A stretch of 64,000 nucleotides of DNA. It comes from Antedon mediterranea. Lineage: Eukaryota > Animalia > Echinodermata. The notes under the pieces were generated by a model, which searched no databases, had not been told where the DNA came from, and worked only from the letters and a program-made list of their open reading frames with translations. Position numbers and translations under genes: made by a program. Shown here in pieces: positions 1 through 14,300 of this stretch; position 1 is the first letter of the stretch; every line of letters starts with the position of its first letter. The stretch is from NCBI RefSeq assembly GCF_964355755.1, contig NC_092671.1:40496304-40560303 (forward strand), read 5' to 3'.

Positions 1-650
1 TTAGGCTAGGCCTTCATTCATTCATTCATTCTTTATTTAGCCTTTAAAATCGAAATACATTTAAAACAAGGTAACAAAAACAAGACGGGTGAAAATCTAA
101 GGAGGCATGGATAAGCAAAAGCAATTAAAATCGCTGTACAGTAGCTCGCAGGCTTGCTTATTCAGGCCTAGCCTAGTACATGAAGCCGATATACGATCTG
201 TACTATTCGAGGTAAAAAAATAGTATAATTTATGACTCCGTAATCTGTACTAAATTTTGTATTTCATTAAATGTCAAATAAATATATGCTACTACTGTTA
301 TTATTACACTTTAGGCCTAGCTTAGAAAATCTACAAAAAATGTATTTCACAATGATCGGGTGGTCGTCGTTTGACAGGGGAGAGAGAACACAACGTACAA
401 GCTTGACGTTGCGAGTTTGGAATCCACTGATGACGTGATTTTGTGAATATCTCATGAATATTAATGAGCTTCTCTAAGCTGCTGAAAAACAGACTTTCCA
501 TGAATTTACCCTAAAATGTATATGAAATTTAATTTGTTTAATTTCTCGTTATTACTTCTTCATTCTGACATGTCTATATTGTTATAATATTTTTTATTTA
601 ATAAATAAACAATATTTAAAAGCAATTTTAAACCCAGAATCCCCCTTTAA
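1..650. mobile_element. Right part of a probable Kolobok/T2-type non-autonomous DNA transposon
   Basis: Ends in ...cccagaatccccctTTAA, with internal tgacgt and aatattaatgag motifs typical of such MITEs. The other end is not seen in the window. Confidence 0.35.
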
Positions 651-887
651 CAACTCTCATCTAGTGTCTTATTGTGAGTCAGTTTGGTTTGATGTTGTCT
701 TTCTAGTGTTTCTTGGTTCTTTCCTATTTACTCAATTATTATTACTATAGTATGTCATTTTAACTACAAGTGGTACTGTACAGTAGTTTGGTGGATAACA
801 ACATCTTTGGCTCAAATCTTTTGTCTTGTCACTTTACAAGGATTTTTTCATCAGAGCTTTTTTTAAAAAAGATGATTTATTTTTCAG

Positions 888-3800
888 AGAGAAGTTTCAC
901 AAAATGGTCAATGAATCCAATCATAAAATTGGAATCAAACAAACATCAAGTTCAAGTGTTTCTGTTAATAGTAATAACAGCAGTAAAAGTAAGTTTACAC
1001 TTAAATATTTTGACATTGTCAGAATGACAAAAACAATAAAGCTCTGTACTTGTATTATCCAACTGTATGTTTGTGTGTGTATGAGAAAACCTACATTTCA
1101 ATTTTTACTCGCATTCTTAAAATATTTATTTGTTGTAATCCAATTTTTTCCTTAAGCTCTGTCTACACTATCTAATAACTAATGTGATGTGCCCAAATAT
1201 GGTGGTGATATGCCCAAATATGGTAATGGAATGACATCATCATGTCCACATATGGGCACACCACATTTGTTTGTCACATAAAGTTTGATAGTGTAGACAG
1301 AGCTTTAGGTAATGTTATAATTAAATATTAATTGTAACCATTGAATAATTTAAAATGAATTTAATTATACAGGCGGGGAAAGTAAGCATTCCACAGAGAG
1401 CATGCATTCTCAAAATATGGATTTTTTATAAAGACCACTTTTTTCCTTAGGTAATGTTGTAATTAAATGTCTGTAACCGTAACCAATAACCGTTGAAATT
1501 AATTTTAAATTGTACAGGTGGGGAGAGTAAGCATTCCACAGAGAGCAGCACACATGGTAACAAAGATGCTCATTACTTGTCATCGTCATCCTCATATTTT
1601 AATAAAATACATGGAAAATTATCATCGGAGAAGCAGCACAGTAGCTCATCAAGCCAATCAAAGAGTGCCTCCACACCTGTCATCCCCCTTAAAATCCGTT
1701 TTACTTCTGGTGAACAGAGTAATGAAAACCAGACCAGTGAACTTACTCAAAAGGACTCAATACGAAGTGGTCTGGACTTTTTACGAGGCACTAGTTTGTC
1801 ATTGGCTACTGATGCTCATGGAAGGTTAAAGAATTTAGTCGCAAATGCACCTAGAGTAGAACGAATTGGTAAGTTTTATGGTTCTTTTAGTTTGTGAAGA
1901 TGGTTTTTTAAACATTTATGTTTGTTGTCAATATCATTTTTATGTATTTTGTTTATGGGAATTTAAGAGGGCCCCTGTATATCAACTGGCAATAATTTGT
2001 CCAGCTGGAAGGGTTACCTTCTATACATACAGTTGAAATAAAAAATAAATAAAACAGGGTTGTGAATGTACTATGTTTTTAGGGTAATTCAGTATCTTAT
2101 ATAAATTAAGTTAGTATGAACAAATTAATACACTGATAAATGTGCTGACAGGGGTATTTTTTTTTTCTGACTCCATTTTTTAATCAATATTGGTAATCGA
2201 CATCTATAAAATATTGTTTACCGTAACTTCTTAAATGTGCATGTTCCGCAAATAACTTTCCTCAAAGCTTGTCAATACATGTTGAGGATACTGAACACAT
2301 ATTTTGTACACTTTACAGTAACTGCATTCATTTTCAGGTTTGGTTCTAAATCTGAAAATCAATGTTATCAATAGTTTTCTAGCCATGTATCCACTTTTGT
2401 AAAGTAAATTCTATTAAATATCTTTTTTTTTTCAATTCAATTTTGGTTTATAAAATATAAGTGGCATTGCAGAAAATTCTGAAATGCGCCAAATTTACAT
2501 TTAAAATTGAATAAAATACATGTATAATTTGTATCCCTTTATCAAGTGTATGGGTTAGACTGTGGTTTCTAATTTATACAGTTGAAGGGTATACAGGTTG
2601 CAAAATCATTCAAAGAGTGACTTCCTAAAACAAGTGTCTTTGGAAACATAGTTATATCATACGACATGTACTGTACATGTTTACCCTAAACTGTATTACA
2701 GTACATTTTCTGGATGGTTTCAATTGGCATTTTCAGTACTTAAGATAATGGTTTAGTTTTCTACTTTCCCTTAAAAACATATTTTCAGTTTCCAACCATA
2801 GGGCTATTGTAAAGCATACAGTACATGTTTGTAATTCTACCATATCTATGCTCACGCTACCCATTCGCGTTTTCGCAAATTGCGATTGGAGTTGTCAATT
2901 TGCGAAAAAAAAATTATATCATTCGCAAAACTTGCGAAAATAATTTTTCCTTAAAAACTCAAACTTTGTCCGCTTAGTTAGGCTTCAAATGTTAAAGTTT
3001 TATGTAAACCACAACGACTTCGCCGCCGCCGTCGCCAGCCTATAATACGTGGCAGCGATGTAGCGTTACGCTATCAATGACGTTTTTTTCGCGCCACTCG
3101 AACGAATTAAAACAAGTTTTCCGTTAAGGAGGCTTATTAATTGTACAGGCGAGTAGTTGTAAATCGCGTTATCTGTAAGTGTACACGCGGCCGACTAAGG
3201 AGAATTTATTTTATGAATAGACATGCGCAGTAATTGTAATTACGAACAAACAAACAAAATGCATGCGTATATTTAGTTCTGAAAAGAATTGGGAATATAA
3301 GTGAAATGGGTGTGAACTGGTGTAAAAGCTATAACAATGATTTCCTCAGAGTCCATAAACAGTTGTATCTACAGTACTGTAGTGTATGGGTAATTTCCAG
3401 TTAGCTGTGTAATTCATACACTTTTTGACAATGTTTGTAATTTTTCTCTGCTACTGTAAGCAAGTATTCTGGTTTTAATTAAACATTGTTGCATATGATA
3501 CTGTCTATACTATCAAACTAGTTTGACAATTGTGATGTGCCCAAATATGGTAGTGATGTCCAAATATGGTAGTAATATCACATCAAGTCTATATCAGGGA
3601 TGAAAATTAACCTTTAAACCATAGTGGCCAGCAGGGCCAGTTAAAGTTGAAGGATGGTCGCCCTTATTAAAAATGGCTGGCCCTTATTAAAAATGGCCGG
3701 CCCTTATTAATTTTTTGTACACATTTTTTTTGCCCGACGGGGGTGGGGATAACCCCCCCCCCCATCCCCACCGGGCAAAAAAAATGTATACTGTACCTCT

Positions 3801-5287
3801 CCCCTAAAAGCCCCCACACCCACCTTCACACACAATATTTTCCGTGGGGATTGTATTATTCTACAGTAAAAAAACTCAAGCCAATTTTTTTTTTATGGCC
3901 TGGGTAGATTGGGTTTCAGGAGCCTGGAGAATCCTGTCCTGGCCAACTATGCCTTTAGCCTAGCTTTTCTAGCCTATAGCTTGTTGGTCTAGAAATCAGA
4001 CAGAAAACTGTATTTACCTTCAATTCATAAATTATACAATTCTAACATGCAACAGCCATTAAAATATTGATAATAAGTTACAAAGTATCATTTTAAAATA
4101 ATTAAGAAAGATATTTGCTCGTGTTTACATGTGTCACACATGGGCGCACGCACAATATTGGGGAGGGCTGTGAGAGAGAGCTTCTAGAAGATGCACGTGT
4201 TTTGAGGAGGATTTGAGTGACCAAAATTTGTTAGAACTTTCGAAGAAATAATCCATCTTCAAAATGACATAATTAAAGCAACTAAGCTTTTTAAATAATA
4301 AACATTATATTTAGGCCTCCTATATTAATTTTTCCTTTTAAAATTAAATATATTTTATTAACTCGTTCCATAAAAACATGTAGTAAGCATAAAAGGAAAA
4401 ATTATTGGTTGGGACATGTGCTTCCTGTAAAGGAGGTGTTTCTATGACACCGTACAGGTTGCACTATGAGGCGATGAAGTAAACTCGCCCTTGAATGCAG
4501 GCAGGGGAATCCCCTTTGTTGGTACCTCGCACTGTGAGATGGAGCACGATTAATTGCTCTTCTTTTCAAAGGTTGTTGAGTGCGATCGCGATCGCGATCC
4601 TTAAAAACCGAGGGACTGCCATTAGGCTTGTAGCTTTATAACTTAGCTTATATATTATTAGCCTAGGCCTAGATTGGTTATAAAAGGTAGGTGGATGCAG
4701 TTTCTGGAAGTCGCCAGACGGGTCGACCATCACAAAATTAATACTCGCCCTTACCAAATAAAGGTCGCCATTGGCGACCGGGCGACCGTTAATTTTCAGC
4801 CCTGCTATATATGGGCACATTTTTTGTCACATCAATTTTGATAGTGTAGACAAAGCTTAAAGCAGTAGGGCATTATTATACTAAAACAGTTATTTCTTTT
4901 GACAGAATCTAAACGTTCAAGTTCTGGATCACCAGGTACACCTTCACCAGGATCAACACAGCAGCGTAATAATTTACCTAGCCAACATTCTGTCACTACT
5001 AATGTACAAAAAATCTCCTCTTGCTCACCCTCAGTAGATAAACCAAATAATGTAGATAGTAAAACTGACGAAGGAGGCCAAGATAGTAAGTTTGTTTTTA
5101 ATATTTTTTGTTTATCATCATCTTCGTATACTGTGCAGAACCTCATTTGAGTATAGTCGCACATGGTTAAATTTAATTGACCCAGAGGGCCCAGTGACTG
5201 GTACTAGTACACCGGGGTCACCCCTACTCATCTCAAAAGATGTACTGGGCTCTTTAAAGTGCACATGAGCTAGATGTGTACACTGAA

Positions 5288-5319
<32 letters not shown>

Positions 5320-7690
5320 CGTTTTACCACCAGAACCATGGAGTGAGTGAGCCTCGAACCCATGCAGTTATGTCTACAGTACATATTACGGTTCCACTGT
5401 CTTAACCGCTCGGCCACTCATTCAGTCTTTTTGTATCACATTTAAGTACTTACTAAAGTACCAAATTACTACCACCAGATCCATGGAGCGAGTGAGCCTC
5501 AAACCCTTGCCGATGTTATGACTACATATTACGATTCGACTGTCTTAACCGCTCGGCCACTCACTCAGTCTTTTTGTATCACATTTAAGTACTTACTAAA
5601 GTACCAAATTACTACCACCAGACCCATGGAGCGAGTGAGCCTCAACCCCTTGCCGATGTTATGGCTACATAATTAAGTTTCCACTCTCTTTAGCCACTCA
5701 CTCCTTTTGTATCACCTTTAAGTACTTAAGTACCAAATTTAAAATAAGTTTGTACTTTTGACAGGGCTATCAAATCCTTCACCGTTATCAGCAGCATCAG
5801 CTTCTGATCTCACATCTCCTGTAGTAACACATCTGTCACCAAGGCAACAGCAGCCAACACCTTTATCAACGTCAATTAATGTTGCATCACATGTATCACC
5901 TGACAATAAAAGGACAGATATCAAAATCAACTATAGTCCTCAATCCAGGTAGGTTATCCTATTTTATACAATAATAATACAGATTTCTAGTGTTCACTTT
6001 GCCACCGAAGGTGCTTTTAAATGCTTTTAGTATCACCTCCGAGTAAACGCACAATAATCAGTTGAGATTCATATATTTGTATTCATTGTATTTGTATTCA
6101 TATGTATTATGTGCTTAAAAATCAAAATGTATTATAAATTATTGTTATTTCTTTTTGTACTACACTATAGATTATTTTTTGCCACAAAGAGATTTTAAAT
6201 TGATTATTTAAATTATTCATTTCTTTATCATATTTTATTAAAATTTGAATTGCAGATTTTCATATTTATTATTGATCAGTTTACAGTACACATCATCATT
6301 ATCTGCCTACTGTATACTGTTCACAACCTCATTTGCACATGTTAGATTATTTAAGATTCTTAAACTTTTTATTAATTCAGGAAATCGAGTCCACCATTGG
6401 ACAACTTAAATAAAGCCAGCAGCAGTAGTACTCAGTCAGTACTAGAAGAACCAATAGTGACCAAGCCTCTACCCCTTCCTACAATCACTCCTTCCTTAGC
6501 AAGATATTGTGATGATAGTTTGTTATCACATGTTGCAGGATGGCATGCAGAACATGTACAGCGACAAGTATGTACTTTTTTTATATATTTATAATACAGT
6601 CAACTGTCCCAATACCAAACTCTCTGAAAACCGGAAACTCCCATAATACCAAACTTTTCTTCCAAACAGCCCCAAATTCATTTTTACCATTAAAAACACA
6701 TTCTGAAAACCAGATATATTTGGCCAGCCCAAAGGTATTGGGAGAGTTGACTGTAACTTTATTTAACCAAAACGTTTTGTCTACATTAATAATTGTAATG
6801 AACAATTGTATTGGAATCTCTGTGCCAGTATAATATGTTTGTTCAGATTTTATTATCCATTTAATTTTTTTTTATGGCATATTCAACAACAAAAACGTTA
6901 TTTTATTCAAATGGACAATATCTCTTTTTAAGTTTCTCTATATAAGAAAGTGAAAAAGCAGGTTCCAAGATTATTTTTTCAAACAAAAATGTTTTTATTT
7001 ATCAATAGGCTCGTAAAATAAATGATGAAAGTCATTTATTAGCAGCAGATTCAGCATCTCAAGTTTCAGTAGATTTAAAGTATGCCCGTTCATTAGTCAG
7101 AGCGTCAGAGATTCAAGTTACTTTACAAGAACAGAGGTAGGAACTTGTCCACTCAAGCGTGTTGACCAATGACAAGCGAAAGTTTGAATAATCCAAAGCT
7201 TGTGATTGGTCAACTTTCTTATGTTGCGTTTACGTCAATGTGTTGCGTTCTAGTGGGAACCAAACCTTATTTAATACTCTTTTTTAAAGCTTGGTCAATA
7301 CTTCATAACACCTGGTCAGTAGTAGAGCTATATTTCCTGGCCAATACTAGAGCTATATTGCCTGGTCAATATTTAATCCATAACACCTGGTCAGTAGTAG
7401 AGCTATATTGCCTGATCTTGTATTAACCACCTGATCTTGTATTAACCACCTGATCTTGTATTAACCACCTGATCTTGTATTAACCACCTGATCTTCTATT
7501 AACCACCTGATCTTCTATTAACCACCTGATCTTCTATTAACCACCTGATCTTCTATTAACCACCTATTGTATAATGCTACACAAATATTTTACTTAATAA
7601 ACTTTTTATTTGCATTTCAGATTACATTTTCTACAGCAACAAGTTAAAGAATTAGAGCGACTTAAAAGTGAAAATGCATTTATGTCATAG
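888..7690 (+). CDS. WAC: WW domain-containing adapter protein with coiled-coil (WAC), 3' part; 5' exons with the WW domain lie upstream of the window
   Basis: Exons 888-988, 1518-1868, 4906-5085, 5765-5948, 6381-6567, 7009-7136 and 7621-7690 all have AG/GT boundaries with consistent phases. The C-terminus TPSLARYCDDSLLSHVAGWHAEHVQRQARKINDESHLL...[44 protein letters not shown] matches the conserved WAC coiled-coil end as I recall it (vertebrate ...[39 protein letters not shown]). Confidence 0.93.
1155..1304. mobile_element. PIF/Harbinger (Tourist-like) MITE
   Basis: TIR AGCTCTGTCTACACTATC...GATAGTGTAGACAGAGCT with TTA on both sides. A second copy at about 3500-4857 is split by a hAT-like insertion, and a fragment lies near 16065-16100. 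Confidence 0.85.
3595..4804. mobile_element. hAT-like non-autonomous DNA transposon nested in a Harbinger MITE
   Basis: TIR CAGGG(A/C)TGAAAATTAAC; 6-bp direct repeat CTATAT at 3589-3594 and 4805-4810. The flanks rejoin into the MITE family seen at 1155. Confidence 0.8.
5180..5420 (-). mobile_element. tRNA-derived SINE with Deu/Nin-like central domain; tandem re-duplications of its head extend to about 5700
   Basis: Minus strand reads AGTGGCCGAGCGGTTAAG (A box)...GGTTCGAGGC (B box), then GGATAAGGACTTTAAACCGTAGG...TAAAGAGCCCAG...GAGTAGGGG..CCCCGGTG. A related copy lies on + at about 29990-30145. Confidence 0.7.
6597..6753. mobile_element. Tc1/mariner (pogo/Tigger-like) MITE
   Basis: TIR CAGTCAACT(G/C)TCCCAATACC with TA target duplication. 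Confidence 0.8.
7411..7563. repeat. 19-bp minisatellite (ctgatcttstattaaccac), about 8 copies, in the last WAC intron
   Basis: Direct tandem periodicity; the first copies carry g and the later copies c at one position. Confidence 0.9.
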
Positions 7691-10100
7691 CAATGTTAGT
7701 GTATAATGGCCATTAGGTTTGTACAGCATTCCTGCTTGTTGTAGCCTATTGCTCTCACACAATGTGACATAGGATGGATACCGCTGAAGAAGAAGAAAGA
7801 CATGAGGTAACATTGAGGTTGATTACATGATGGAATGTTAACTGACTGTTGCTGCTGCTTGAGACATAGCATACATGGCTTTATTTATTATGTTACCCAC
7901 TATACTCATTTGTATGCTCAATTGAATATTGTTATATCTTTTGAATGAAACTGTGATTTGTTTACTCTAATTCTAGATGACTAGATGCAAGTATTTTTGA
8001 TAATAAACATTGTTTATCTTACTTTGAAACGCTAGATATTCCATATAGATGAGTTTAATTATGAAACCCACTATTGTAACTTCATGGTGCATGCCATGAA
8101 AATGGTTTAAAACATTTAATATGCCACCAATGAATAATTAATACCACTTGCATATCAATATTGGGAGTTTAAAATTGGTTATTAGTAAAATTAAACAATT
8201 AAATTTAAAAACAGTGAACAATGAAATAAAGAATATATATTTATTAAATCTTATATTGGTTGATGGTATCTAAGTTTAAATGTTTAATGCACTTTGCAGC
8301 AATTATCTAAAGTTTGGATTTATTTAGAAACCATGTTCACTGTATGTATGGCCAGCTACCAAAAGGCTGTGCCATTGCATCCACATAGAGTCCACATACT
8401 TTGTGCTCAGGATTGGTTGCTCAGGATTGGTTGTAAACTGTCAACAATTGCTTCATTTTTGTATAAATTGTTGTGGCGATACAGATTCGTTGAGCCTGTT
8501 GTTGGTTAGATTTATTAAATAGCTTTGTCTTCGTTTTTATTCAGTTCTGTATCTTGAAAATAAGTTTTTTTATAAGAAAATGAAATTGGTGTCTCAATTT
8601 AATAGGAGAGTTATTAAATGTTAAAATAATTCTTAGTATAAAATACATGTTGAAATGACACAGGTGATAAATGACTTACAAAATGATTATTTACATTGTG
8701 ACCTCTTAAAGTCAGTTTAAAAAGTTTTTGTTTAGGAGTTGCAACACTTTTATGTTTTATACTACACAGTACAAACATCGCTGTAGTATAATTTTGTTCG
8801 TAGTAACACAAATTAATATGTTCGCTAAATTTTGATTATTAAATATGTATTACTCTACCGTGGTGGTACAGGTTGTTTAAAAGTGCATACTTGTTACAAA
8901 TTCTATTTATGATTCCTGTATGCACAATCTGATTTTAAATTAACATTCGAATTCAAATAAGAGGTTTTAAACTTTGTGATATCCTGTAATATTGTGTATG
9001 CAGATTAGTGGATACACAAGTACACCAACACCATACCATTTCAGTTTATTCACTATTTTATTCTACAGCAAGATTTTTGTTATCCTTTTTTTGTATTCTT
9101 CTGTAGAAGCGCTTGTACCATATGTAATCCAGCCAAATTAATGTATGCTGAATAGTAACTCCTTTAACAGCAGCATCAGTTACATCAAGCATAGAAATTC
9201 TTGTTTTTTCTTGGTATAAAGAGTTCAATTTGTAGAGAATATGGGTGGTATAAAAATGATTAACTGTAAATATTTATTTTGCCTCTCTAAAATTGAAAGA
9301 GATTAGTTTATGCTATTTATAGCAGCTGTGGGTAACTTAAGGGGAAGTATAGATTAGTAAAAGAAACTGACTGTGTAGACTTTTGGTGGCTGTACAAAGT
9401 AATGTACTGCCTATCTACCATTAGTGGATTCCCTGTGCCCACATCACGGCGTATAAATTGAGAAAATATAAAGAAGCTTTGGAACATCTGGGCAGTTAAA
9501 TTCCTATGCTGATTTTCTGAATAAATATGACGTAAAAAGTTCAAAGTGAACTTGATATATTGCACATAGTTTGTATTTGGTATTTGTTTGTTTGTGGGAT
9601 TTAAAAAAAGACAAGCAGGAATGAATGTAAATATGAAAGAAACTAGGCATACATACTCATCTTTGGTGACGCATTAAACGTTATACTGTAATACAATAGG
9701 AGCTTTAAATTTGCGACATTTGTTCAAGACAAGCTCTGTAAAATCGATTTTTCACATCAACTATACCATACACCCCAGAAAAGGTTGAAATCCACAATGA
9801 TAGCAAACTCGGTGTATGCAAATAGTACCTCCAAAAGACTCGGCAAAAACGAAAGCTCTCTAATAATTGAGATGAAGACAAGGAATAATAGTTGAACACT
9901 GCTGCCAAAGCACAATTTAATCATCAAAGGTAAAATAGGAAGTAAATAGATCTGTCAAATTTCAATTACAAAATAAAGATAACTTTATCTACAAATGTTA
10001 TTTTTACAAAAACGCCAATAACTACAGTATTCAAAATCTATTTACATTCAAAGTAATACATTAGAGAATATAAAAGGCTGTTGCTCACAATACTTTTAGG

Positions 10101-10535
10101 TCAGTTGCTAACATGTACTATATTCAGTTGCTAACATGTACTATATTCAGTTGCTAACATGTATTATATAACACCTATATAAATTCCTGTCATTTGATTG
10201 GACGAATGTGGGTCACATGGCGTGCAATAGTACGCACTATTCAACGATCGTTAAATAGTACTTTTTGAAACATTTTTGTTTGTTATTTAGATGTTATATA
10301 AAACAAATAATGAATGTTTTGTATTCGTGTAATGGTACAAATAATGGCACTTGGTGAATGATGAAAGGTTATATCAACTCGGCTTTGCCTCGTTGATATA
10401 ACCTTTCATCATTCACCTCGTGCCATTATTTGTACCATTGCACTCATAAACATTCATTATTTGTATACTATATTCAGTTGCTAACATGTACTATATTCAG
10501 TTGCTAACATGTACTATATTCAGTTGCTAACATGT
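10101..10535. repeat. 23-bp minisatellite (tcagttgctaacatgtactatat) interrupted by a ~300-bp hairpin-bearing non-autonomous element
   Basis: Repeat units at 10101-10163 and about 10466-10535. The insert has a long inverted repeat gaatgatgaaaggttatatcaac-tcggctttgcctc-gttgatataacctttcatcattc. Confidence 0.7.
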
Positions 10536-11340
10536 AATTTCTGGTATATGACATAATACTGGAAGTTCTGGTGTCTATGTGCAGAAATCTTGTATACAAC
10601 TTGAACATGTTTTACTGTATATCTATAACACTGCAGATCTCTGTACATGGCCCATAAGTCTGATTTAATTATTCATATACTACAGTAGTTCCCGAAAGAA
10701 GTTAGCAGCACTTAATTCAACTTTAATATTATGGTAACTGATGTTAAACACAAACAGTATACAAAATTAAGTACAATAATTAAAACCTAAAAACCAAGTA
10801 CTAAGTTAATAAAGTCATGCACTATGTGCTTAAACACCATAGATACCATAACACAATACAGTATATAGTTTAAAGTTCATTATTAAATTTAAACTTGGGC
10901 AGTTGATAATATATTGAATGCTATAGTACAAGCATTTCCAATTCTTAGTTTTTAGAACAATTCGTGAAATAAAAGAAAAACACAAACATTATAATTTTAT
11001 AAATTTATCTAAATAAATACATTTGTATAAATACTCTCTTGCCAACAACCTCTATCTGTTAATACATTTCAATAAATACTCTCTTGCCAACAACCTCTAT
11101 CTGTTAATATTGCAACATGTTCTTAATACAGTACAGTTAGTCTATTCCAAAACCAATAACTAAATTCCCCTTTTATATACGAAAAAATATAAATAAATAG
11201 TAATTCCATATAAACCCGGTAAAAATTGTAAGCTTCTTAAGTGAAACATTTAAATTATTTCCAAAAGAGCCTTCATAAATTCATTTCCTGCTAACTCTTA
11301 AAAGTATACATAATTCTGACTTATAAGTAATACTTATATT

Positions 11341-14300
11341 TTAGTACTGATCATAAACCCACGATACCGGGACCCATTGATGGTATTTTGTTAAGTTTTC
11401 TAGTGCTGTCAAAAGCATATTATACGATTCATCTATGTTGTTGTTTTCTATTATTAAGTCAAATGTATGTCTGTAATTGTTCTCTAGTCTTGCGCTCTCC
11501 TCAACTGTTTTCCGGAGATCAGAATCCTACAAATAGGTTGAAAAGGTTACAGTTATTAAGTTGTTTCTGCACAAATATAACAGCAAAGTAAGTATATACT
11601 TATGATATAGTACTTAATATACAGTACAATGTATTGGTTCATACTGTATGTCATTAATGTAGTATGAAATGTCAATCTTTTGTTACTGTATACTACTGAC
11701 AAGAATACTAAATTGGGTCCAAACGTTAATTCATTCATTCATCTGTGGAAAATTACTTCCATTTATTGTCATTTGCATATAAAATATAATAGAAAATATG
11801 TTTGCTTCGAGATATACAATACAGATAAATGAAAGTAACAAAAACTAATTAGGATTTTTGTTATTTTAAACTTACCATAACTTGTTTGGATGACAGGCCT
11901 GCTTTCTCGGACTCTCTGTGCATATCTTTAAGTGTTTTAAAATCAGGAGATTTGACAAATACAATAAATGGAAGAAATTCACTGGTCCTCAAGGCTTTTA
12001 CTGCCTGTAAAAAAAAAAGAAAAGACCATAGTTATTCTGTATATTAAAAACATTAATAATACAATATAAAATTTGTGGAAAGTTATGCAACAGATGCATA
12101 TCCGTTACTTAGAAATTACCTTCATTTGAACCTTCTTTTGAGCCCTATACAAAGCCTATATGGCCATATATAAGCCCTATACAAAGCCTATATGGCCATA
12201 TATAAGCCCTATACAAAGCCTATATGGCCATATATAAGCCCTATACAAAGCCTATATGGCCATATATAAGCCCTATACAAAGCCTATATGGCCATATATA
12301 AGCCCTATACAAAGCCTATATGGCCATATAAGCCCTATACAAAGCCTATATGGCCATATATAAGCCCTATACAAAGCCTATATGGCCATATATAGGCCCT
12401 ATACAAAGCCTATATGGCCATATAAGCCCTATACAAAGCCTATATGGCCATATATGAGCCCTATACAAAGCCTATATGGCCATATATAAGCCCTATACAA
12501 AGCCTATATAAAGCCCTATACAAAGCCTATATGGCCATATTATAAGCCCTATACAAAGCCTATATGATGGCCATATATAAGCCCTATACAAAGCCTATGG
12601 CCATATATATTTTTACATAATGCATAATGTAGACATAGTGCGTTTATAACACATTTCAAACTAAACTGAAATGTCTAATAATGTAATTATACCATTAATT
12701 CATACATACATTTATTTATTTGTTCCAAAACAAAATAAATGTAAGCAAAACAAGCTAAAAAACAGCTTATTACATTTAAGAGAAAATTCTAGATGCCTAC
12801 CTGAGGATTAACATCTAACACACACATTTTGTTATCTTTAATCACTCTCTTAACAGAATCTATCAATGTTCCATAAAGATTTCCTTCATAATCTCCGTAT
12901 TCTAAGTACATATTATTGTGAATATCTTCTTCCATTTGTAAGCGCTCGCAGAAGATATAATCTTCACCATCAATCTCAGAATCTCGTGGTGTTCTTGATG
13001 TACCTAGACAAATATAGTACAAGAAATGTTTCTCTTTTATTTTTCATTTCTTTTTAAAACATTGTACTTGTCTGTCTTTGTATTGTGTAAGTTTTATTGT
13101 AAGTTTTTTAATGTCTTTTTATGAATGTTTTTTAATCTATTGCTAAAAAAAACAAGACCATATTATGTAAAACAGGTGCAATATCTATACCTGATACAGA
13201 TATGTTTTTATCCTGTATAAATGTTTTAAATAAAAAAATAAAAATTATGCATGATTGATTCGTTTAGCTTATAAAAATATAATTAAAGCTAAATACTAAT
13301 TCACATTATTCTAAAAAAAACAAAACATCAAGTAAAAAATATCAATGTAAAAGTAAACATAAACCAACAAAGATCACTAAAAGCAGTGATTATTGTGAAA
13401 AAGAGAATTTTGCATTTTGGTATTAAATAGAAACAAAACAAAGAAAACACATTAAAAAATGTCTCATTAGACAACCATGCATTTCCCACTTCATACATTG
13501 TAGACCACAATGCAACTGACCACATTATGGATTTATGAAGATTTAACCAATCAGAGAACAGAGATTATGCTGCTCAGCAGACTATCCAACTTTAAAAATC
13601 AATCAAAGACAGGATGAAATGGCTCAATACAACTTGGATATATACCATTTAATTGAAGGAAATCATGGCATGTTAAATGACCCGACTACAAAAATAAAAG
13701 TCTAAACTTTACCAAGACGTTATAATTAGTACCACACTTGGAGCACAGGTATGTGTATAAGGCTAGGCCAAGCTAGGATATCAACACAGGGCTAGGGCCT
13801 AGACTAGGCCAGGCCTATATAGTGAATTTGGCAGCCTAGCTAGCTCAATCAATCAATGCCATGTACAAACTGGACTTAACCTCTTAAAGTAGGAGTTATG
13901 TAGGAGCCTAGCTACTAGCTTGAGCTTGAATTAGTTATTTATATTTGGCCTAGGCTAGACCCTATGTCATGATACATTTTGATTCAAATTTGTATTCTGG
14001 TTTTCATGGTAACTTTCTCCTTGCAATGAATGGCCATCAGGCACCATTCATATGCAAGCATTCAGTGCTTCATCTACTTAGGCACACTCAAGCACATCCC
14101 AAAGGACAGTATTCTGCTTGTGTGTACTTGAGGAATCCCCTACTTAGGGGTGGGATGGGCCTAGATCATTTTCACAATGATAATTTATTTTATTAACTAC
14201 AGTTTAAACAATGACACAACATATGCCTATTAGTATTAAATACATTAAAACATGTTTATTATATTGTTTGCACAAAAGGCAATCTTTAAAAGTTGAGATA

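Noticed and set aside
5330-5420. tRNA gene
   Set aside because: A and B boxes are present, but I could not fold a cloverleaf and it continues into a SINE body that recurs at about 30 kb.
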